A DNA stretch of 64,000 nt, from contig CAUHAO010000001.1 in the NCBI GenBank assembly GCA_959604355.1, positions 779-64,778 on the forward strand. Reading direction: 5' to 3'. Shown here piece after piece: positions 19,333-27,039 of this stretch. Positions within the stretch are counted from its first letter, which is position 1. Every line of letters starts with the position of its first letter. The position numbers and the translations under genes are program-made. The stretch is from an uncultured Eubacteriales bacterium (GTDB taxonomy: Bacteria; Bacillota; Clostridia; Oscillospirales; UBA644). The notes beneath the pieces were generated by a model, which had not been told where the DNA came from, made no database searches, and saw nothing but the letters and a program-made list of their open reading frames with translations.

Positions 19333-20304
19333 ATGAACAGAAAAGAATGTTTTGCGGCGGCTCAGGCGGCTCTCGGTGAAAGACAGAGGCTGTTCAACGA
19401 GGAGCAGGCGGCGCTTCGCGAAGAAATTTTTGCGAAGATCCCCGCGTTGTATGAAATAGAGGACGAAATTCGGAAGGATATTGCGGATTTTGCCGCCTCG
19501 ATATTCAACGGGGCGACAGACGCGGATTTTGAGGCGTGCAAAGAGAAAAATCTCGATTTGCAGCGCCGTGAAGCGGAACTTCTTTATGAAAACGGCTTTG
19601 CGGCGGACGCTTTGCAGCCGAAGCATTATTGTCCGATATGCAAAGACACGGGCTTTTACAATGACGAACGCTGTGAGTGCTTCAAACGCGAGTTTTCCCG
19701 CGTGCTTCTTGAGAATTCAAACCTTGCGCGTACATACACAAATCAGACCTTTAAGACCTTCAGGCCCGAATATTATTCCGTAGCGGGGGAAGCAGAATGT
19801 GAAAGAATACGGACTCTTGCTGCATACCTCAAAAAATATGTTGCGAATTTCCCGAAAGGCAAAGACAACATGCTTTTTATCGGTATTCCCGGAACCGGCA
19901 AGACGTTTCTTTCCTGCGCCATCGCGCAGGCGCTGATGGAACGCGGATTTATTGTGTTTTACAGTCCCGTTCAGGAGCTTGTATCGACATTTGAGAACGC
20001 AAAATTCGGCAAAGACGGTGACAGCGACACGTCGATATATACGGACTGTGACCTGCTGATAATCGACGACCTGGGTACGGAATTTCAGACGCCTTTTTCC
20101 GATTCCGTGCTGTATAATGTGATAAACGACCGCATAAACCTCTGCAAGCCGATAATAATAAGCACCAATTATACGATAGACGAGATGGCGAATACATATC
20201 ACGACAGGCTTCTTTCCCGTCTGCGTCACGAGTTTAACACTTTCACATTCCCCGCGGTCGATGTTCGTGAACAGAAAAAACAGTACAAGGTGAAGAAAAA
20301 TTGA
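19333..20304 (+). CDS. dnaI: DnaI/DnaC-like helicase loader ATPase
   Basis: Walker A GIPGTGKTFLS and Walker B LLIIDDLGTE. An N-terminal zinc motif CPICKDTGF..CECF is typical of DnaI. Confidence 0.8.
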   Translation: MNRKECFAAAQAALGERQRLFNEEQAALREEIFAKIPALYEIEDEIRKDIADFAASIFNGATDADFEACKEKNLDLQRREAELLYENGFAADALQPKHYCPICKDTGFYNDERCECFKREFSRVLLENSNLARTYTNQTFKTFRPEYYSVAGEAECERIRTLAAYLKKYVANFPKGKDNMLFIGIPGTGKTFLSCAIAQALMERGFIVFYSPVQELVSTFENAKFGKDGDSDTSIYTDCDLLIIDDLGTEFQTPFSDSVLYNVINDRINLCKPIIISTNYTIDEMANTYHDRLLSRLRHEFNTFTFPAVDVREQKKQYKVKKN

Positions 20305-21143
20305 GTTTTAGACAAGGATTTCTGCGTTGTCCCGTGTGCGGGGCGCCGCTTTCCGCGTCCGATGACGGGCTTCGTGCGTTCTGCGTCAAAAATCATTCGT
20401 TTGACCGTGCGTCGGAGGGGTACTTCAATCTTATAGTCCGCAGCGGAAAATCCGCATCCGGAGATCCCCCCGAGGCTGTTGCGGCAAGAAGAGCGTTCTT
20501 TTCCGATCCCCACGGTTTCTACGCGCCGCTTGAAAAAGAACTGGAAAAAATCATTCTTTCACTTGATATCTCCGGATCGACGGCAGCGCTTGACGCCTGC
20601 TGCGGTGAAGGGTATTTTACGAGAGGAATGATGCGGTGTGCTACCGAAAAAACAAGAAAAACCGGCGCCTGCTTCGCGTTCGACCTCTCAAAGCGTGCCG
20701 TGAAATACGCGTCAAAATCAGATAAAAACACACAGTATTTTACCTCGAATATTTCCGATATCCCGTTAACGGACTCTTGCGTCGGCTTGCTTACTCATAT
20801 TTTTGCGCCGGTCTGTGAAAGCGAATTTCTCCGCGTTCTTTCGCCGGATGGATATTTCGTGCGCGCGTTTCCCGGTAAACGGCACCTGTGGCAGATGAAG
20901 TGCGAGCTTTATGACACTCCCTATGAAAACGATGAGGATGACGGTGTTTCGGACGCCTTTACGCTCACGGAGAGCCGCAGAGTGAAAAATACAGTCTGCC
21001 TCGACAGTACGGCGCTGAAAAACCTCGTGCTTATGACACCGTATTCTTTCAGAGCGAAAAAATCGGCTGTCGAACACCTGATTTCCCTCGACGGGCTGGA
21101 TGTTGACACCGATTTTATCGTAAATATATATAAAAAATCTTAA
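20301..21143 (+). CDS. rlmA: 23S rRNA (guanine-N1)-methyltransferase RlmA/RrmA family
   Basis: Zinc ribbon CPVCGAPL...C.KNHSFDRASEGYFNL followed by the SAM motif LDACCGEGYF. A TTG start overlaps the dnaI-like stop (AAGGTGA RBS). Confidence 0.8.
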   Translation: MSFRQGFLRCPVCGAPLSASDDGLRAFCVKNHSFDRASEGYFNLIVRSGKSASGDPPEAVAARRAFFSDPHGFYAPLEKELEKIILSLDISGSTAALDACCGEGYFTRGMMRCATEKTRKTGACFAFDLSKRAVKYASKSDKNTQYFTSNISDIPLTDSCVGLLTHIFAPVCESEFLRVLSPDGYFVRAFPGKRHLWQMKCELYDTPYENDEDDGVSDAFTLTESRRVKNTVCLDSTALKNLVLMTPYSFRAKKSAVEHLISLDGLDVDTDFIVNIYKKS

Positions 21144-21919
21144 TTCTGGCCAAGCTGCTTTTTGATGTGTGTCAATGCGCTTTTTTCGAGCCTTGACACT
21201 TGAGCTTGAGATATTCCGATTTCCGCGGATACCTCGACCTGAGTTTTTCCGCCGAAATAGCGCAGAGAAAGTATCTTTCTTTCACGAGCCGTAAGCTCTT
21301 TTATCGCGCGGCGCAGTTCTATCTCATCTATCCAGTCCGACGCGTTGTCGTGTTTGTCACTTACCTGATCCATGACGTATATCGCGTCGTCCGCGTCGCC
21401 GAATATCGGCTCAAACAGAGATACGGGTGCGGTTATCGCTTCCATCGCGATGACGACTTCCTCTCTCGATATTCCTATTTCTGCGGATATCTGCTCTACC
21501 GTCGGCTCGGTATTGAGTATCGACGTTAGCTTCTCTTTCGCATTCAGCGCGCGATACGCGGTGTCTCTCATCGAACGGCTCACGCGTATGGCGTTGTTGT
21601 CGCGCAGATAGCGCCGTATTTCGCCGATTATCATGGGCACGGCGTATGTCGAGAAACGCACCTGCTGGTCGAGGTCAAAGTTGTCAAGAGCTTTTATCAG
21701 CCCCACGCATCCGACCTGAAACAAGTCGTCGAGATTGTCGGCGCGTCCCGAAAAGCGCTGTATAACACTCAACACAAGTTTGAGATTTCCGGTTATGAAT
21801 TCTTCACGGGCCTTTTTGTCGCCTTCTTTTATACGTCCGAGTAGAATGACCTGCTCGTTTTCGGACAGAACCTTGAGGTCGGACGTGTTTATTCCACAGA
21901 TTTCAACTTTATTTATAAT
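21140..21919 (-). CDS. sigG: Sporulation sigma factor SigG (forespore late sigma)
   Basis: YAVPMIIGEIRRYLRDNNAIRVSRSMRDTAYRA and GISQAQVSRLEK match SigG rather than SigF. Upstream of the track start (GTG 21775) the frame stays open and encodes IINKVEICGINTSDLKVLSENEQVILLGRIKEGDKKAREEFITGNLKL, which is collinear with the B. subtilis SigG N-terminus (NKVEICGVDTSKLPVL). An in-frame TGA at 21925-21923 bounds the ORF. The start is therefore probably ATT 21919 or ATA 21916, behind GGAAGGTGA. Confidence 0.8.
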   Translation of the reverse strand: MINKVEICGINTSDLKVLSENEQVILLGRIKEGDKKAREEFITGNLKLVLSVIQRFSGRADNLDDLFQVGCVGLIKALDNFDLDQQVRFSTYAVPMIIGEIRRYLRDNNAIRVSRSMRDTAYRALNAKEKLTSILNTEPTVEQISAEIGISREEVVIAMEAITAPVSLFEPIFGDADDAIYVMDQVSDKHDNASDWIDEIELRRAIKELTARERKILSLRYFGGKTQVEVSAEIGISQAQVSRLEKSALTHIKKQLGQN

Positions 21920-21950
21920 GGATCACCTTCCGAAGCGGCTTTCTGAAAAA

Positions 21951-21979
21951 AGTATTACCCTTCGCAAAGTGATTTATAC
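21951..21979 (-). promoter_or_regulatory. Candidate forespore (sigma-F/sigma-G type) promoter of sigG
   Basis: The minus strand reads GTATA-N15-GGTAATACT. This is close to the reported sigma-F pattern GYATA-N(14-15)-GGnnAnAHT. Confidence 0.4.
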
Positions 21980-21990
21980 GGGAGAATGAA

Positions 21991-22377
21991 TTGGAAAAAA
22001 TTAGGTTTTTGCGCATTTTCGGCATAATTCGTGTCATTGTCACAATAATTCTGGCGGTCACGTTGTTCTGCGTCTTTTCATCGGAAAGCGATCTGCCGAG
22101 TGCGACGGTATGCACGCTGAAACTTTATACGGGATATGATTGCCCTCTCTGTGGATGCACACGTGCGACGGTGTGTCTGATGCATTTGCGCATAGCCGAC
22201 GCGTTTGCGTATAATCCCGTTTACACCTGCCTTATCGCACCTGCCGCGCTGATATTTATTTTACAGGATATTTTTACGGTCATACGCCGCTTTTTCTCGG
22301 AAGACGCTCCGCTTTCGGCTGCCGAAACGCTGATATTCCTCATTTGCGGCAAACTTCCGCGGGGTGGATGCGAATGA
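21991..22377 (+). CDS. DUF2752-family membrane protein
   Basis: The motif YTGYDCPLCGCTRA followed by hydrophobic helices is the DUF2752 hallmark (from memory). TTG start as in the ORF track. Confidence 0.55.
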   Translation: MEKIRFLRIFGIIRVIVTIILAVTLFCVFSSESDLPSATVCTLKLYTGYDCPLCGCTRATVCLMHLRIADAFAYNPVYTCLIAPAALIFILQDIFTVIRRFFSEDAPLSAAETLIFLICGKLPRGGCE

Positions 22378-22568
22378 GATTTTCTCTTTATAACTTTTAT
22401 CTTTTGCCCGTGATTTTCGGGTGGATCGCGGTGGGCGTATGCGCCGCGGCATACATGTCTTATATAAAAAAAAATGAGGCAGACCCGCGCGTAGCGCGCC
22501 TCATACCCATATTTGCATGCATCTTTGCGGCACTTTTTGTCGCATGGGGCATAATACGCAATTTATGA
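22374..22568 (+). CDS. Small two-TM membrane protein, translationally coupled to the DUF2752 gene
   Basis: ATGA start/stop overlap at 22374-22377. The 64-aa sequence MRFSLYNFYLLPVIFGWIAVGVCAAAYMSYIKKNEADPRVARLIPIFACIFAALFVAWGIIRNL has two hydrophobic helices. Confidence 0.45.
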   Translation: MRFSLYNFYLLPVIFGWIAVGVCAAAYMSYIKKNEADPRVARLIPIFACIFAALFVAWGIIRNL

Positions 22569-22615
22569 CATCACGCCCTTCCGGGCTGATATATGAAAAT
22601 TCGGAGGAAAATCAA

Positions 22616-23725
22616 ATGCTCGAATACACAAGCGATACCCGCAAGATCCAGGAGCTTCTTGACGGCGACAGCGGTCATGTCGTGCTGCAAAACGGCGTAT
22701 ACGACATCTCGCGTTCTCTCGTCATCCATGACAACACACGCCTTACACTCATGCCCGGCGCGGTACTGCGTCTTGCCGACGGCGCGAACACCTATCTTAT
22801 CGTCAATGACGGTTACGGCAAGCAGGCGGATATAGGTAAGAAGATCACAAAGAACGTGACCATCGAAGGCGGCGTCTGGGACGGCAACAATGTGCACCAG
22901 ACGCGTACTTCCGACGAGGAAAGAGACGCATATAAGGAATTCCACGACGAATGTTATTACGGTATGCTCACCCGCTTCATAGGAATGGAAGACTTTACTC
23001 TGCGCGACATCACTATTAGAAATCCCGAGGCATACTCGATGCAGATATCCCATGTTGACCGCTTTACCGTCGAACATATCCGTTTCGACTACAACATGCT
23101 GCGCGGCAACATGGACGGGGTTCATATCAACGGTCCAGCCAGAAACGGCAGAATAGTCGATATCAAGGGCGCAACGAACGATGACCTTGTCGCGCTCAAC
23201 TGCGACGATGTGTGGTCAACGGAGATCACTCACGGTCCCATTGAAAACATCCTTGTTGACGGACTTTGGTCCGATAACGGCTACACGGCAGTACGTCTGC
23301 TTTCAAGCGGCGACCCGATGAACAATGTCCAGATTCGCAACATATTCGGCACATACAGATATTATGCCGTCTCGTTTACTCACCACGGCTGCCCTCCGGG
23401 AGGTCTGGTGTGGATGGACAATATTTCCATTGACGGCGTCTTTACATCAAAGCCGACCGACACCGTTAAGAATCCTCAGCCCGTGATATGGTTTGCGTGG
23501 GGCACACACAGCGGCAACGTCACCGTCAGAAACGTACACCGTGACGAATACGCGGATACGACGGCGCCGACGATTCAGATCGATCCCGACGCGTCCGTTG
23601 ACAGGCTCCTTGTTTCTGATTGCACTCAGAAATTCCATAATTGCCCCGAAATACCGCTTATAGTAAACAACGGTACGATAGGCAAGCTTATCACGGAAAA
23701 CGCAGAAGGCTACGGAAATAAATAA
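22616..23725 (+). CDS. Right-handed beta-helix protein, glycoside hydrolase family 28 / pectate-lyase-superfamily-like, no signal peptide
   Basis: Repetitive beta-helix rungs are present. NMDGVHING and ATNDDLVALN resemble the GH28 NTDG and GDDC(I/V)A(I/L) blocks. The start is set at ATG 22616 (GGAGGA 7 nt upstream) instead of 22517. Confidence 0.55.
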   Translation: MLEYTSDTRKIQELLDGDSGHVVLQNGVYDISRSLVIHDNTRLTLMPGAVLRLADGANTYLIVNDGYGKQADIGKKITKNVTIEGGVWDGNNVHQTRTSDEERDAYKEFHDECYYGMLTRFIGMEDFTLRDITIRNPEAYSMQISHVDRFTVEHIRFDYNMLRGNMDGVHINGPARNGRIVDIKGATNDDLVALNCDDVWSTEITHGPIENILVDGLWSDNGYTAVRLLSSGDPMNNVQIRNIFGTYRYYAVSFTHHGCPPGGLVWMDNISIDGVFTSKPTDTVKNPQPVIWFAWGTHSGNVTVRNVHRDEYADTTAPTIQIDPDASVDRLLVSDCTQKFHNCPEIPLIVNNGTIGKLITENAEGYGNK

Positions 23726-23745
23726 CATCACGGAGGGCTATGCTT

Positions 23746-26700
23746 ATGGAGATCATCCTCGGAAGAACGGGAAGCGGCAAAAGCACGCTTGCCGCCGAAA
23801 GAGTTTCCGCCCTCATTGATGCCGAACTGAAAAACAAACGGTCGGGCACGGCGTTGAGGGATAAAATACTCATCATCGTGCCCGACCAGTATACTATGCG
23901 CACCGAAAGATACTACATGGAGCGTCTCGGCGAGCACGCGATGACGTACGTCGGAATAATGTCATTCAAGCAGCTTTGCAGACTCGTTTCCGCATCGTAC
24001 GGAGGCACAGCGTCAGTACCTCTCGGTGACGGCGGTAAAAACGTGCTTACGGCGAAGGCTCTTGAAGCGGTCGCACCGATGCTTGAATATTTCAACGCGC
24101 AAAATCCGAAAATCAGCTTTTATGCGATGCTTGCACGGAGTATAACTCAGCTCAAAGCTGCAGGAATAACTCCCGACGAGCTGATGAAAACCGCAGATAG
24201 TGCAAGGAGTGACAAACTGCACGATATCGCGCTTGTTTACGGCGCGTATGACGCATTATTGGAAAACGGCGTGTTTGACCCGACAGACAGCCTTAATATT
24301 CTTGCGCAGACAGTCGTTGCGGACCGCATTTTTGAAGGCACTCACATACTCTTCGATAATTTCAGAACTTTCGCGTGGCAAGAGCTTCGAACCGTATGTG
24401 CGTTTATTGACGGCGGTGCGGACGTTACTGTGACTTTGCCCGCCGACAGCGAAGCTGCACGCAAATATTCGCTGCTTGACTCTGTGTCGGAGCAGGCGGC
24501 ACGGCTCATTGCGGCGTCGCACAGGGCAGGCAGACCTTTTACCGTCACACGTCTCGGAGAAAACCGACGTACAAGCAGAGAAGATCTGGTTTTTCTTGAA
24601 AAAAATCTCTTTTCGGAAGCACAGGACACGTTTGACTCCACGCCCGACAGCATACACCTTTATAAGGCCTCGGACATTTCCGACGAGGTCGATTTTGTCG
24701 CGTCCGAAATCACCGCAATGATACGCGACGCAGGCTGCAGACCCGACGATTTCATAGTCACGGCGCGAAATATTGACGACTACTCGGCGATCCTCGACCC
24801 CGTGTTCTCAAAATACGGTCTGCCGCTGTTTTACCATAAGAAAACGCCCTTGCGCCAGAAAAAGCCGGTTGCTCTCATAGACGCGCTGTTTTCTTCCGTG
24901 GTTTTTGGACTTGAAAGGGAAACCGTGCTTGCACTGCCGAAAACGGGTCTTACGAACCTTTCGGTCGAGGATATTTCGCTTTTTGAAAATTACGTTGAAA
25001 AATGGAACATACAGTACGGCGGTTTTCTGCATGACTTCACGCAGAGCGTCAACGATTACGGAAAGCCGCAGGACGAACGCGACAGAGCGCTGCTTGACCG
25101 TATAAACGGCATACGGCGTTTCGTTGTCGGGATATTCACGGATTTTGCCTCAAGTGTCCGCGGAGAGCGTACAGTAAGAGAAATATCCGCAGCGGTATAT
25201 GCGGTATTCGAAAAACTTGATATGGAAAAAACGCTCGAAAGAGTGGGCGCGGAATACAGACGTTTTGGTGAGGACGCGCTTTATGCGGAACAATGTCGCA
25301 CTTATGAGACCGTGATATCAGCGCTTGACGAATTTGTACTCGCGGCGGGCGACGACACGGTGGACGTCTCGAGATACAGAGAACTCCTGTTTTCGATAAT
25401 CGACGAGACGGATATAGGGATAATTCCCACGTCGAACGACAGCATTATCATCGGCGGCGCAGAGACCGTACCGTTTCTTTCACCGAAATACATTTTCGTC
25501 CTCGGGCTCAATGACGGAGTTTTTCCTCCCGCTTTCAAGGACTCAGACCTTATAGACGACGATGACAAGGTAATCATAGAGACGGAGCTTGAAAAGCAGA
25601 TAGGTCAGACGGCGCGCGACAGTATGATGTACGAGCGTTATCTTGTTTACAACGCATTTTCCGCGGCGACGGACGGGGTGTATATTTCCTACGACGGCAG
25701 AGCTTCGGAATCGTACGCGGTAAACGAACTTCGCCGTATTTTCCCGGCTCTTGAAACGGATACCGCGCCCGAAGGGACGACTCACGGCGGAGTGATGAAG
25801 AGGCTTCAATGTAAAGGTGCCGCCTTTGACATGTATGTCAGAACGGGTGATGCCGCTCTCAAAGAATATCTCCTCGGAAGCGAGTACGCGAAGTTCATCC
25901 GCGGTGAGGCTCTGCCCGGCGGAGAAAAGCTGTCACTTCGTAGCGCAGAGAGAATTTTCGGCAGAAATATCACTCTTTCCGCGTCAAAGGTTACAAAATT
26001 CAACGAATGCAGATTTTCATATTTCTGCCAGTATGGCATGAATCTCAGGGAAGAACGCCCCGCACGGCTCGACAGTCTCAATGTCGGCAACTTTATTCAT
26101 GCGGCTCTCGAAACGATAATGCCGCAGGGAATAGACAGGGACGATGACAGCTTACGTGTACTGGTAGAAACCTTTACAAGCAAGTATTTTGAGTTTATAG
26201 ATGACGGTAAGGCAAGCACGGCAAGATACTTCCGACGTCTGACGGATAAACTCTTTCGACTGCTCCGTATTTTTCGCGACGACATGAAGGATATGAAGTT
26301 TATACCCAAGGATTTCGAGGTTGAAATCGACCGTGACGGAGATGTCGAGCCGCTGAAGATAGGTTTCGACGGCGGAAGCGTTACTTTTGTCGGAAAAGTC
26401 GACCGAGTGGATGAGTTTGACCGCGGTGACGGAAGAAAATATATAAGAGTTATCGACTATAAAACGGGTGCGAAGACTTTCGACATAAAACATATTTTTT
26501 ACGGTATCGACGTGCAGATGCTGCTGTATCTGTATGCATTGAGCGCGTGTGACGGCAGGTATAAAGGTATGCTGCCTGCGGGCGTGCTGTATCTTAATTC
26601 GGACGCGAAACTTGTCGATGTGCCGCGTGACGGCGACGAAGAGTCCGCGTATGAGATTCTTGACCGTCAAAGAAGGAGAACGGGTATGCTGCTGGACGAC

Positions 26701-27039
26701 GATGATGTTATTGCAGCGGCGGGAGTAAAATATGTTCCGACATACAAGGTCGGGAGAATAGAATACAGGAATATCGCTACGGCGGAACAGTTCGGAAAGC
26801 TTTTTGAGTATATTTCCGACGCGCTCGTGAAGGTTGCAAAGGCTCTTGGTGAAGGAAAAATAGGCAAAGGGCCGTTGTACGACTCGCAATATGACCCGTG
26901 CAGATACTGCCTTATGAATAAATACTGCGACAGTGAGCAGGCAGTGGCGTGTGCGGGGCGTGAAATGGACAAGAAGCCCGACCCGAAGACGATATACGAC
27001 TTTATCGATAAAGAAAAGGCGGGTGAGAACGATGCCTGA
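23746..27039 (+). CDS. addB: ATP-dependent helicase/nuclease subunit AddB
   Basis: Walker A GRTGSGKST. The C-terminal RecB-type nuclease has VIDYKTG and the AddB Fe-S cysteines (CRFSYFCQYG ... CRYCLMNKYC). It lies directly upstream of, and overlapping, addA. ATG 23746 has better SD spacing than ATG 23740. Confidence 0.92.
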   Translation: MEIILGRTGSGKSTLAAERVSALIDAELKNKRSGTALRDKILIIVPDQYTMRTERYYMERLGEHAMTYVGIMSFKQLCRLVSASYGGTASVPLGDGGKNVLTAKALEAVAPMLEYFNAQNPKISFYAMLARSITQLKAAGITPDELMKTADSARSDKLHDIALVYGAYDALLENGVFDPTDSLNILAQTVVADRIFEGTHILFDNFRTFAWQELRTVCAFIDGGADVTVTLPADSEAARKYSLLDSVSEQAARLIAASHRAGRPFTVTRLGENRRTSREDLVFLEKNLFSEAQDTFDSTPDSIHLYKASDISDEVDFVASEITAMIRDAGCRPDDFIVTARNIDDYSAILDPVFSKYGLPLFYHKKTPLRQKKPVALIDALFSSVVFGLERETVLALPKTGLTNLSVEDISLFENYVEKWNIQYGGFLHDFTQSVNDYGKPQDERDRALLDRINGIRRFVVGIFTDFASSVRGERTVREISAAVYAVFEKLDMEKTLERVGAEYRRFGEDALYAEQCRTYETVISALDEFVLAAGDDTVDVSRYRELLFSIIDETDIGIIPTSNDSIIIGGAETVPFLSPKYIFVLGLNDGVFPPAFKDSDLIDDDDKVIIETELEKQIGQTARDSMMYERYLVYNAFSAATDGVYISYDGRASESYAVNELRRIFPALETDTAPEGTTHGGVMKRLQCKGAAFDMYVRTGDAALKEYLLGSEYAKFIRGEALPGGEKLSLRSAERIFGRNITLSASKVTKFNECRFSYFCQYGMNLREERPARLDSLNVGNFIHAALETIMPQGIDRDDDSLRVLVETFTSKYFEFIDDGKASTARYFRRLTDKLFRLLRIFRDDMKDMKFIPKDFEVEIDRDGDVEPLKIGFDGGSVTFVGKVDRVDEFDRGDGRKYIRVIDYKTGAKTFDIKHIFYGIDVQMLLYLYALSACDGRYKGMLPAGVLYLNSDAKLVDVPRDGDEESAYEILDRQRRRTGMLLDDDDVIAAAGVKYVPTYKVGRIEYRNIATAEQFGKLFEYISDALVKVAKALGEGKIGKGPLYDSQYDPCRYCLMNKYCDSEQAVACAGREMDKKPDPKTIYDFIDKEKAGENDA

